A DNA stretch of 64,000 nt, from contig OZ024744.1 of the NCBI GenBank assembly GCA_964016885.1, forward strand, positions 81,034,001 through 81,098,000, read 5' to 3'. The position numbers and the translations under genes are program-made. The notes under the pieces were generated by a model. It ran no database searches and was not told the origin of the DNA. It saw only the letters and a list, made by a program, of their open reading frames with translations. This document shows, piece by piece, positions 13,706 to 26,169 of this stretch; the first letter of the stretch is position 1, and the number at the start of each line of letters is the position of its first letter. This DNA comes from Eledone cirrhosa (taxonomy: Eukaryota).

Positions 13706-14049
13706 ATTGAAATACCAAAAGCATTTAAACTAGCTGTATCCAACCAGAATTCTCTCACCTCTTTCTGTTCAAACTGGCTATAACCTCCCACTCATGCTAA
13801 TGTTAAGGTATTGTCCTCAAAATAAATAACATCAAAATCTCGTATATTTGATGTTACCTGAGATAATTATATGAGGTAAAGCCTTTACTGTGAAAATATA
13901 ATAGTAAAATGTAAATGGTAATAAGTAAACTGACATATAAAAAAATGTGGACTGCAATATGTACATGTATCCCTATATTTTATAGTGATTTCATACTAAA
14001 GTTGAATGATTTGTGTTTCCTTTGGAATATCTGAGTCCACAGAGTTAAA

Positions 14050-14092
<43 letters not shown>

Positions 14093-14237
14093 TTTTGTCA
14101 TGTTATTCTGTTCACTAAATATTAAGTTTTGAAGCATCTCTTTGTGTTTCTCATATATCAGTAAAAATTCAGCCAGTCATGTATCCTTCTCACACATTTA
14201 GACAGGCAGAGACACTATTTTATAATATATATATATA

Positions 14238-14578
14238 AAGGGTAATGGGTAAAGACTCCCTTCAGTCACAAATGACCATGGAATTTGCACCTAGAAAGTT
14301 CCCCTCGGAGCCACAAGTCCAGACAAGGTTGTTTGAGGAAGACCAGCAGTCGCCCATGCATACCAGTCTCTCCTCTCCGTGCCACCAATTTTGTCCAAGG
14401 GAAGGGCAAAGGCTGATACAGCTTGGTACCAGTGATGTCGTAACTCATTTCTACAGCGGAGTGAACTGGAGCAACGTGAAATAAAGTGTCTTGCTCAAGA
14501 ACACAATGCAAAGCTTGGTCCAAGAATCGAACTCACAACCTCATGATTGTAATCCCAATGCTCTAACCACTAAGCCAT
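14238..14578 (-). mobile_element. tRNA-derived SINE with CORE-like central domain, near full length
   Basis: Minus strand has A box tggcttagtgg, B box gagttcgattc, the central gtgttcttgagcaagacactttatttcacgttgctccag and a tttaccc tail. Related copies at 33203-33475(+), 36760-36850, 45250-45330, 49610-49710, 52157-52645(+) and 63510-63660. Confidence 0.8.
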
Positions 14579-15104
14579 ATATATATTAATTATAAAATTA
14601 TAAATGTACAGAGCAAATAGATAAAAATTTACCTAATTTTACCTCAATGTCCTGACTGCAGTTTTGCCAGTATATATATCATCATCATCATTAACGTCCA
14701 TTTTTCCACACTAGCATGGTGTCCCATTGTGAGATCAGATGACCGTGTCTTGCTCATACAGAACTGTTTCTGGCTTGGTTTCGGTAACTGGTTGCCCTTC
14801 CAATGCCAACCACATTTACAGTGTGAACTAGGTGCTTTTTGTTATGACACCTACATGACCACTTTACAGTGTGAACTGGGTGCTTTTTGTCATGACACCT
14901 ACACGATCACATTGTAGTGTGGACTGGATGCTTTTAGACATGGCACGAAAATGGCCACTTTACAGTGTGGATTGATTGCTTTTTTGTTGTGACACAACTA
15001 CACAACCACTTTACAGTATTAGTTGGGGGCTTTTTGTTGTGATGCCTACATGATCACTTTAGAGTGTGGAATTATATATATATATATATATATACATATA
15101 TATA

Positions 15105-15637
15105 TACGGCAAAGCATAAACGAACTAAGTGAGAAATTAGGAATAAGAGGGATCAGATGCTGTTTACTCAAGAGAAGACTACCTTGGTATGGTCACGTGG
15201 TGCGCATGAAAGACGACACTTGTATAAAAAAGTACAGGTCAATCAAAATTGATGGAAATTACGGAATAGGTAGACCCAGCAAAACCTGGGATGATTTGAT
15301 AAATTCCGACCTTACACACTTACACCTCTCGAAGAGAATGTCACTGGACCAAGATCTTTGGCGCTACGCAGTAATACAGAAGACCAGCCTTGCCTATGTA
15401 CAAAGCGAAACCTACAGTCAGTAGGCACCTCTTAACCAACACCACCCTTTCTCTGTAAAGTTATGTTGGTACCACAGCATCCAGTCCAAAATAAATGAGG
15501 TCGTGTAGCTAGAAAACCTGCCAGACAGTCCTATACGAGCGAGACATGGTCACCCAACCATTCTTGCCTCAAGTAGGACAACTCCCATCTAAGCCCATGC
15601 TAGCGTGGAAGATGGACATTAAACAATGATGATGATG
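15105..15637 (+). mobile_element. RTE LINE 3' fragment
   Basis: Reads RQSINEL...WYGHVVRMKDD...GRPSKTW, followed by UTR and (GAT)n tail. Confidence 0.85.
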
Positions 15638-16065
15638 ATATATATGAAATTTTTTTTTAATTGGCTTTTGAATAAGAACAGTGTAGAGAGAAATCTGTAG
15701 TTGTTTTAAATGTGACAATCTTTCCAATGCTGGTGATGCAATAAAATGCACCCAGTATACTCTGTAAGGTGGTTGACATTAGGAAGGGCATCCAGCCATA
15801 GAAATCATGCCAGATGGATAAAGAGGACTCATCACTTTTATCAAATGAATAGCTTTAGTGCTGGTGCCACATAAAATGAATTCAGTGAACCCTGTAAAGT
15901 TGTTGTTATTAGGAAGAGCATCCTGTTGTAGAAACCATGCCAAAATAGAATGTATCTTAGTGAGATGATCCCCAGTCTGTCTAGGATGACATTAGCTCCA
16001 ATTAAGTACTGAATTTGCCTGTAATGACCTGTCCAACCCATGCTAGCATGGAAAAATAGATATAT

Positions 16066-17545
16066 ATCATCACTGTATTACGTCCGTCTTTCCATGTTTG
16101 CATGGGTTGGATGGATCTTTTCCAGCACAGCTACTTTCCACTAGTTTCAATCCTTCAGCATCTCTGTGAGCTTTAGTAATTTGAGATCAGCTTTCACAAC
16201 CTCTGCCCAGTTTTTTCTTGGCATTTCTTCACTCAATGATCATCCATGTTTATTATATGTCCATACCAGTGTATTCTTCTCTCCTGCACGTTACATCTGA
16301 TTCCTCTTAGCTCATCCATGCTTTGCTATTCATGCACATCCATTGGAACATTCTTACTTCATTTTCTCTAGTCTTCACATATCCTCTGCATTCATTACCT
16401 ATGTCTCGCTACCATGCAACATCTTGTTTTGCACATAGGCATCATATAGTCAGCCTTTCCTTTTGTAGTGTGTAACCTTTTGATGTCAGCAAAGGTAGTA
16501 ACTCCTTGAATGTTTTCCATCCTGTTCTTATCCTAGTTATTATTTTCTCAGTGCAACCTCTCCCACCATTATTTTGATCACCTAGGTAGCAGAAATTATT
16601 AACTTCTTCTATGGATACTTCCTGAGATTGGAGAAATATTTCATTGATCTGCTCACTATCCCTGTGAATTTGTCACATAAGTCTTCCTTTTTTGTTAGTC
16701 TACCTGCTTTCTTACTATACCTCTTGTGTACCCAAGATTTACATTGTTTACATCATATAAAGTTTCTACCTACTCCTTTTCTATGTATCAAGTAGGGCCT
16801 CTTTCCTAAAGGTTCAGGGTCCTGTCTTCTTTACTGCTTAACAAAACTGTTTTTACTTAAATGTATTCTAACTTTCAATTGTTCTCTGTGTCATATGTAT
16901 CTAGCTCTTCCTCCTTGTCATATGCCAGAGAAGTCCTTTAGATTCCATATTCCCCTTCTCCAGATTTTCCTGTCAATCTGGCTGTGTTCTCTTGATTGGT
17001 AGGTGATCAGGTGACTGGCTGCTTTCCCTAAGTTAGTCTTGCAAATAGTTAGTTCATCACATTCACAGAATTCTAGGAGTTTTGCTCCCTCTTCATTTCT
17101 CAAACAATAGCCATATCCATCATATACTCCAGTGGTGCCATCCTGTTGCAGCCCAACATGTCCATTGAAGTCACCAGCTAGAATGATGAGATCTCTGTCA
17201 TCTGTAACTGAAATTGTTCCTCATAGAAGCAGTCCTTTTGTTCCTTACTTAGACCTGGTTGTGGTGCACAGCTAAAGATTGTCATCATTCTATTGCCTAT
17301 CACTATTCTGTGCTTGATATTGTCACTTACTCTACCTCAATTATTTTGTATACCTACTTCTCGTCTTGTAGAATGCCTACTCCTCCTACCCCCAACAAGC
17401 ATATATTTATGGTATTTGCCTGTGAGTAGTCTTGCAGAGGCACCTCTCTATCTCACCTCTTGTATTCAACACACATCCATGTCTCCTCTTGAACATTTCC
17501 ACAATTTCCCCAGATCTACCTTTGAGTGTGTTCATGTTTAACATG
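16066..17545 (-). mobile_element. Internally deleted, degenerate RTE LINE (APE endonuclease to 3' tail)
   Basis: Minus strand reads LNMNTLKGRSGEIVEM, AGDFNGHVG, RNEEGAKLLEFC, YLGD and WYGH, with a (CAT)n tail at about 16066. Confidence 0.75.
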
Positions 17546-17724
17546 GCAGCCCTGAAATATGTTACCTGACTCTGTGTGTACATACACACATCAAAAGGTT
17601 ATTTGTCTTTAATATATTCAGACATCTTAATTCCAGAACAGAAACTGCAGTTGGGGATAGTATTTGAGTGAAACTAATTTAGTTTGTCTAATTTATATCC
17701 CTCCAATCGAGATTTTGGCTTGGG

Positions 17725-17825
<101 letters not shown>

Positions 17826-19289
17826 CATGCATGCATGCATGTATATGTGCAAATCTTATGCAATTTTGAAGCTCCTAGCTTGAGTTACCTTGTACCAGTT
17901 GTGTCAGTAGTTATAAATATATAGCTACTGGGGAATAATGTAAAAGTATATTACATTAGTATAAAATACAAAAAAAAGATACATCAATAAAAGTTTTATG
18001 ACTTGGGCAAACAACACGAAAACAGATATTCAGAAAACATAAAGAATGTCATTCAATTGAACATTGTATGGTTAGGCAGGATTGTAAGACTGGAGAAGTA
18101 ATAATTTTTACAAACTTTTGTTAAAAAAACATGAGGGGGATCAGACAGGTCCAAACAATAGTAAAACCAAAATTGAAAGTATTAATTGACAGCAGCAGAC
18201 AAAAAATGACAAAATACAGAAGCAGATATTCATTGTAGAGTGATTGTTGGAAACTCCACAAAGGAAAAAGGAAAGAGAAAAAAAAAGAATGTCTCAGATA
18301 ATGAAACAGTACTTCATGAGAGGCTCTTACAATTATTGTTTCTACTTTTGGCACAATGCCAGCAATTACCCCAGTGCATTACTGGGGCTTTATTTTATTG
18401 ACCCTTTAAGGATGAAAGGAAAGTTAACCTCAGCAGGATTTGAACTCAGAATTTTAACTCAATGCTGCAAACCATGGTGTCTGACGCTCTACTGATACTG
18501 CCAATACAATAATGTGAGTGTGTTTGTATTTATAAGTTCAAGAATATTGAGATATAAGCATATGTACATATGTATATGTGTGATGTCCGAAAGAGTATTC
18601 TTCACCTCCAACTAGCTTACCCTTGCCTCTTGGTCCTGGCTGACAGGATGGAGAATAACATTGCCCCAGAGGACAGTGAGGGAGATGTGCCTAAACAGCC
18701 ACTCCACTTAGCAAGTTCTGCATAGCACTGTGTTTATAATATGCATATGGAAAGAGTTGCACAGAAGACCAAGAAAAACAAGCACACTGGAGAATAAAAC
18801 AAAGCAAAACATGTGAACATCATAATTCCTATTGTTAGCTGCCCCTGGATGGATCATTGCAATTTCTACACAGGCTGCAAGGTGTCATCATCATCTTCTT
18901 TGGCCACTTATTCCTGAGAGGGTCATGGGGACAGAGTTCGAAACACTCCTTCCAGAGGGTCCTGTCGGAAGCAATTGTCTCCAACTGATCTGGTTGGATC
19001 CCCAAATGAGACCAACAAAGCTCATGGATGTTATCCAACAATCTTGCTCGGAGGTCTACCACTGGGTCTCTTGCCGGCTGGTTTAGCCCGTAAAATCTAT
19101 CCAGCGATTCTTTCCTGAGACATTCTAACCACATGCCCATAATATTGGAACTATGATCATTAGTTATAAATTAATAGCTACTGAGGAAAGATGCAAAGGA
19201 AACAGGACAACAAAATTATTGCAACACTAACTTTAAGAAACTGATTATGTGAACACACAGGCAGAAAATGGGAGAGGCAGATGATTGTG

Positions 19290-20600
19290 AATAATCTTTT
19301 TTCATTGAGGATTACACTATTCAACATGGACTAGTTACGAGTAAGATTTAGAGTAAGACCCAGACAGGCTCAGACATGACCCAATATGGAGAATGAGGCT
19401 GTGTAAACTAAAAGATACAGCTAATAAATATAAATTTGAAGAGACTCCACATGATGCATGTGACAAGGAGTGGGAGATAGAATTCTTTGACATAGGGGAC
19501 AACAAGGAATCGCTTCAAGATAACTTGCTACAGGCTACTGACGAGATCCATGCTTGAAGCAAAGTACCAACCACATGAAAGATGACATGGTGGTGGAATA
19601 GTACTCTAAACAAAAAGCCATACAAGCTAAAAGAAAGGCCTGGAAATACTGGAAAAAAGAAAGAGGGTTGCAAAGAACAATAGCAAGTTGCTCGAAAGGA
19701 AGCTAGATATGAGGTTTACATAGAACAAACGAGGTTTGCCTCTGTTCTGTGTTGAGAAGATGAGAGAAGTAAGGAGTTTAGGATTGCAAGGCAGTGCATG
19801 TCAATACGAATTATGATGTTGTTGGAGAATGTGTTTGGAATGACTCTAGTGTACTTAACCCTTTAGCATTTACATTACTCTATATATTTAATATTGTATT
19901 TTCACAGAAAAGGCTTTACCTCACATAATTATCTCACGTAATATCAAATCTATGAGATTTTGATGTTATTTATTTCGAGAACAATATCTTAACATCAGTA
20001 TGAGCGGCCAGTTATGGCCAGTTGGAACAGAAAGAGGTGAGAGAATTCTGGCCGGATGTGGCTGGTTTAAATGCTACAGGGTTAATTGAACTGATGTTCA
20101 GAAGAAAGAGGCCTGGAAATGTTTTTATGAGAGGTTGCAGTTATCGAGACATAGTTATATGGTCAAAGAAGCCACCAAGGAGATGAAAAGGGAAAGGTCT
20201 CTGAGATAATGCCAATATCCATTGAAGTAAGGTCAGATGATGGTGGCATACAAAATGACTGGCATAGCATTATAATCATTGACTATTACAAGGGCAAAGG
20301 TAGTGCTTTGTGAAAAGAGCAACAACAAAGGCATCAAATTACAAAAGTAGTAGACTCGTTACTCTTATTCATATACATTACTGTAATTGGAATGTGATGG
20401 CTGGGTCAAGTGTTGAGGAAGGATGAAAGTAACTGGGTAAGAGGAATGGTGGAAGGAAATAGAAGGGGAAGGCCAAAAAGACAGCTAAAGATGATGGAAA
20501 AGGAAATGAAAACCAAGGAGTTGATGAGTGGGGGCATACAGAGAATAAAACAAAATGGAGGTGCTTGTCATGGGACTTACAAGGCTAGACGTGTGCTTTA
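19290..20600 (+). mobile_element. Degenerate RTE LINE interrupted by a TTAA MITE at 19859-20081
   Basis: Reads DNLLQATDE, TWWWNS and YYKGKG, matching the other RTE copies. Confidence 0.65.
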
Positions 20601-22450
20601 GGAGGGAAAAATGACCATAACCCTTTAATGTTCAAACCGGCCAAAACCAGCCAGAATTTTCTTTCTGTTGAAACTGGCTGTAACCGGTTGCTCAAACTGA
20701 TGTTAAGGTATTGTTCTCAAAATAAATACTTTTAAAATCTCATAGATTTGATATTATGTGAGATAATTCATCATCATCTTCATTTAATGTCTATCTTCCA
20801 CGTTAGCATAGGTAAGACGGTTTATGCGAGATAAAGCCTTTACCATGAAAATACAATAGTATATATAGAGTAATGTAAATGCTAAAGGGTAAAAATGCTT
20901 GTATATTGTGTGGGCAGAATAAGAAGTAACTAGCAATTATATCTGAATTTGTTACATAGGTATAGTGAAATGAGACAGTCATCCTAGAAAACCTTCATTA
21001 ACCCTTTAACATTTACATTAAACTATATTTACTATTATATTTTCATGATTATCTCACATAATATCTAATCTATGAGATCTTGATATTATTTATTTTGAGA
21101 ACAATACATTGGTATGAGTGGCTGGTTATGGCCTGTTTTTGATAAAGATTTGAAATTAAAGCATGCAAGATTTCATAGCTCTAGCATCAATCCTTCATAA
21201 TCATCCTATAAACTTTTTAGCCGATCCTCATAAATGATGGTTGCCCATTTAACAATATATTTATTTCTAGTCATAGTTTCTGTATTTATTTCTGTTTTCA
21301 GTCAAGACACCTGTCATTATTCTGTTCATTCCTTGTTATATTGCCTCATGTGCATCTTACCAACAGAGCGGTCCTCTAATCTGTTGCACCAACTAGTGTT
21401 ATAAGTGCAATGCCAACTTTAGGCATGAAATTGCATTCAAGAAGGTGGCTGAAGAGATCTAGAGATGCAATTGCTTGTTCGTCTTGTGTAACTGTTTTTC
21501 TGTGAGCATTTTTGCTGAAACATATATTGAAAGGGTTAAGAGGACTTAACTTCAGTTGTGTCAACAGCATGGCAATCACATTAGTGCTGATGCCACATTA
21601 AAACACTGTGGAGTGGTTGGTGATAGGAATGGCATCCAGCTATTGGAAAATTGCCAAACAAAGGGTCAAGAGAACTTTTCATTTGTGTCAGGTATGACAA
21701 CCTCCATAGTGCTGGTGCCATGATCAAATTCACCTGATGCACTCTATAGAGGGCGGGAATGTATGTAAGCGAGATGTGGCCATTGACCTGTCTGTAAGGT
21801 TAATAGATTTGATTAAGTAGTGATTTACTCTGTGACAACCTATCCAGCTCTTGCTTGCAGGGAAAATAGACATTAAATGATGATGTAAGCATATTTGACA
21901 AAGGATTTTATGTTAAATATTTTGTAGAATACCATTGACAACTTCATAGCTGGACAAAACTAGATACCAATAATATTGTTGTTGCTGTTTTGTTTTTGTT
22001 TTTTATTATTATCATTATTAGACATAAGACATGTTTAAGATCCTGCAGCTCAGACGTTTGAAGATCAGCATATACAAGGATCAGAACCTTACTTAAAAAA
22101 AGGTTTAGTATCTGGGACAGAATCTTGTTCAAACAAGCCTCCTCCAACCCATGCCAGGAAGGTAAAGCAGACAAAAAATGATGACTCACACTGTAAAGTG
22201 GACGTGTAAAAGACATGGCAAAAAAGCACCCAGCCCACTGTCAATGTGGTTGGTGTTAGGAAGGGCATCCAGCCATAGAAAACCAGCCAGAAACACCCCT
22301 ATATGAGCGACACATGGTCACCTGTCCCAACTTGCCTCTAATTGGGACCCGTCTAACCCATGCTAGCGCGAAAGATAGACATTAACCGATGATGATGATA
22401 TATATATAAAAATTACTGTTTAATATTGGACATATTTTGATTCTGATCTA

Positions 22451-22516
22451 TGCATCTGATGAGCATCATCCAGTGGGCTCAGATGAAATCGACTCAACAG
22501 TTGATCTCCACATTGG
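22451..22516 (+). ncRNA. Hammerhead-ribozyme-like motif (type I topology, degenerate)
   Basis: CTGATGA at 22456-62 and GAAA at 22485-88. Stem III is 7 bp (atcgact/agttgat) with an AUC cleavage triplet at 22504-06. Stem I tgca/tcca has one mismatch and stem II is weak. Possible pseudoknot ccagtg/cattgg. Confidence 0.5.
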
Positions 22517-23015
22517 TCTGTCGTTCATTGCCGTTGCTAATCCTGGATTTCAATACCAGAATCTCTGGAGTTGACATCGGTATAGGAGAGCTTTCACCCA
22601 CTCTTATTAGTAACTGCTTATGGTTTCCAGAGCAACTAGATTCAGGCCAATTGTAATCAATTAATGCTGTGAGCTGATCGTTTGTGAAACGTGTTATGCA
22701 TGATTATAAATAAAATATGTTAAACTCAAACTTTGAGAGAGGGTTATTTATTATGAATCGGGCTATGTTAGTGCTTCTGGTAATTAATTCTCGCCAGTTG
22801 TGCTTGCACTATATGCTAATGAACAGATCCAACAGATGTTTGACATGATCACAGCTTAAAGCAACCATACTGTATATACTCTTATATACGCTGAGAAATA
22901 TGTGACAAAAACAAAAAAGATGGCAAAATGAGGGCTTGACTTATATTCAATATCAATATTTTGCCAATTTTCACCAAATTCTACGTAAACAAGGTGCTAA
23001 AATATCTAGTGATTA

Positions 23016-23939
23016 TCTATATATATAAAACTGAAGATGTCTGTCTGTGTGTGTGAGTTTGAATCCCTAAAACTCGAGAACCACCCAACCGACTCTTTTC
23101 AAACTTTACACATGTAATACTTATGTTTCTGGGAGTGTTCTGAGCAAAAATTTCAAATTTTCAATGCCTTAGGGACCGGATTAGGCGATTTAGCGATCTC
23201 TCTCTATAATTCTTGGTCTTTCTCTTTTTAGATAGGTACATACATATAATGTTGCGTCCTTATAATATGTCTGCATGTCTGACTATCTGCATTACGTTAC
23301 TTCCCTGAAGATGTCTGTCTGCCTGTGTGTGTGTGTCTGTGAGTTTGAATCCCTAAAACTCGAAGTATCCAACCGACTTTTTTCAAACTTTACATGTGTA
23401 TTACTTATGTTTCAGGGAGTGTTATGCACATAAAATTCAACTTTTTAATCCCCTGGGGCCTGCATTAGTTGAAAAACTACGTTTTTTTTTCCAGGTTTTT
23501 TAGGGGGTTTTTCAGTCATTACGTCAGACTGATTTCCTTGAAATTGTAACTATGTATTAGTCAGTCTCTTCTTCATCCCGTGAGCAAAGAAAATCCAACT
23601 TTTTTATGGTCTAGGGCCCGCATTACGTGAAAAACTTCATTTTTTCAGCTTTTTAGGGCTTTCTTGAGGCGTTACGTCTAGCCGATTTTCCCGAAATTTC
23701 AAGGCATATTATGCACATAAAAAAAATTCATTTTCTTGATCCCCTAGGGCCCGCATTAGGTGAAAACCTGCATTTTTCCTGCTTCATCGAGGAAAATCTT
23801 AAAGATTATCCAGCCATCAGAGTATTCGGTTTATTTTCTTTACATATTGTCCAGGCATGCAGTTTTTCCACGATTAGGTCTGTTGGCAGCCCGCGTTCCA
23901 AAATACCTTATCCCGTGCAATGCCGGGTACCACTGCTAG
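23016..23939 (+). mobile_element. Non-autonomous Helitron (copy 1)
   Basis: A|TCTATATAT 5' end, subterminal hairpin cccgtgcaatgccggg, CTAG|T 3' end and no TSD. Contains an internal duplicated block (about 23030 and 23305). Closely related to 56090-56966. Confidence 0.88.
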
Positions 23940-24653
23940 TATTACAATAAAACACTGTTTTTCTACATTTACTACATCAACATTAGTGTTGTTTATACAT
24001 TCCCTTCATAATATTTTCAACAAATTTTTATAATTTGAATTTTTGAAATACATAAATATCCTAAACACATACCTGCATGCATGCACACATGTATGCACTC
24101 AGGCACTGTTTTTCTCTGACATAATATTTAAATCTTACATAACATTGAAACTTTAATTGTATTTTATGGCTCTTACTCTCTCATTTATGTCTTTTCCTCT
24201 CTCTCTCTTCTACTCTATGAATCCCTATATAAAGTTATTTTATTTGATCTCTTGCTTTCATAGTACTCCTAGCATGTGAGTAGCTGGAAGTAAACAAATT
24301 AAGTAAGGTTTTTTGCCCATTTCCCAGACATAAAATAATGGTCAGCTTATATTTGAGTATATATAGCTTATATGTTTATTGTTTACTATATATAAAGATA
24401 TGTTTTCATATAGATATACCTCTATTATGAATCACGCTATGTTAGTGCTACTGCTAATATATAGTCTAATTCCGTTCTCTTTCTTCCTACATTTCTACCT
24501 AGATACATAAAAACACACACAAATATCTCTACCACCTGTAGAGGTGTTTGTATGTGTAATGTTTTTTTTTGTTTTTTTAGTAATGTTGTGTAAATATGTT
24601 AATGTCTTAATTTTTCTTTTAATGTTATAATGTGTTTATCTTTTGTATTTTAG

Positions 24654-24735
24654 GCACCTTACTGAAACAGGAATTGCAGAGTATCTTGAAAATGGAAACA
24701 AAAGTGTTGATGCAATTATCAAGACTGCACTTGAT
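24654..24735 (+). CDS. TDRD3: TDRD3 coding exon A (first exon visible; N-terminal region)
   Basis: Polypyrimidine tract, tag|G start and GAT|gtatg end. Reads (W)HLTETGIAEYLENGNKSVDAIIKTALD, aligning to human TDRD3 WYLSDEGIEAC...VNDIILIALN from memory. Begins with the last base of a split codon and ends in phase 0. Confidence 0.85.
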
Positions 24736-24805
24736 GTATGTTATTCAAACATTTTTCATTTTTCTTTGTGAACAGTTGAAAGTGAAATAGTTCACATCTA
24801 TTTAA

Positions 24806-25034
24806 CCCTTTAGCTACCAACCTGGCTCAAACTGGCTCTGGTTCTATGAAATAAAACCATTCGTTTTTAAAGGTTTCCAATTTAAATTAAAATCTTCCAA
24901 CATAATTTTATATAAAAAAACCTTACATTAAGTTACTTTGTTATAAGAGAATTAATAATTTTAGTAAATCCCTCAAAATTCTTCATTAAATAATTAAAAT
25001 AGTGTATATAATTAGAAATGCAGTCATGAAAGGG
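24806..25034. mobile_element. piggyBac-type MITE, family 2
   Basis: TTAA|CCCTTT...AAAGGG|TTAA. Homologous to 55994-57098, which carries a Helitron. Confidence 0.75.
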
Positions 25035-25819
25035 TTAAGTGATCTTTGTTGTTCTTATTCAGTTTTAATATCTTAGCCCTTGGGCACCTTTAGCAGAGTG
25101 TACACTATCTGTTGCAAGCATTGAAACCAGATCTCTTGTTTGAGAATATTTTATCCCTCCAACCAATCTCAGAGGCCCTGAAAAGGGTCCTGGTCACTGT
25201 TTTACTCTCTCCCTGCCCACTTTATAGTAACGGAGGAGTGAGATGGTGTGAGTCGTTGATGACAGTTAAGTCTCATGAAAGTATAAATTTAAGTATAATG
25301 AAGGAAATGGTGTGATAAGATGGTAGGGAGGGATAGACAGTGGTAGCTACATGCTGGTTGTTGGTATGAGATTGAGCAGTAGGTGTGTGTGTGTGTGTGT
25401 GTGTGTGTCATAGTGAAAGGAAACTAGTGATGTACATCATCAGGGAATTGTGTTGTTGATGGCAGTTAAGTCTCATTTGGGTGAAAATGTGAAGGATGGG
25501 TAAATGTCAATAAAGAGTCTGGCAATATATATATACACAGGGTGTCCCAAAAAATATATACACATTGATTACCTGTACAGGCAATATTTAACCCTTTAGC
25601 ATTTAAACTGGCCATATCCAGCCTGAATTCTCTTACCTCATGTTCAAACCACCCACAACCGGCCACTCATACTGATGTTAAGGTTTTGTTCTCAAAATAA
25701 ATATCAAAATCTCATAGATTTGATATTATGTGAGGTGAAGTCTTTACTGTGAAAATACAATAGTATATATAGAGTAATAAAGGGTTATTAGAATGCCATT
25801 GAAGTGTATGTATGTATAT

Positions 25820-25950
25820 ACAGGGTGGCCCAAAAGTTGCAATACATAGGAAATTTTTAAGTTTCCATATTTATTTATTTTGAATAAATTGTTTTTTTAT
25901 AAAGCAATTTTTTTATTTTTGTTATGTACGCGACTTTTGGAGCACCATGT
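25820..25950. mobile_element. Short Tc1-like MITE
   Basis: TA-flanked imperfect TIRs cagggtggcccaaaagttgc / gcgacttttggagcaccatg. Confidence 0.5.
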
Positions 25951-26169
25951 ATATATATATGAGAGAGAGAGAGAGAATATGATGGTCAGCAATAGAGGGC
26001 GATGGTGCTGCCAATGGAGAGATCCAATGAATCCAATGTCCTTCCTTATCCTATAGGTTTTGTAATCCAGAGGGTTGGTGGTGGGGGTGAGGCAGAGTGA
26101 TAATGATAATGGATGACTGAATACAGACATGCAAACCCAAAAATAAAAAAAATGATGATTTAAAAATGA

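Noticed and set aside
14510-14578. tRNA gene candidates (A/B boxes), also at 33205 and 63590
   Set aside because: No complete cloverleaf; each continues into a SINE body, so they are tRNA-derived SINE heads.
14805-15070. Repeat-spacer-like array in RTE tails
   Set aside because: The inter-repeat segments are homologous to each other, so this is a degenerate tandem repeat rather than CRISPR.
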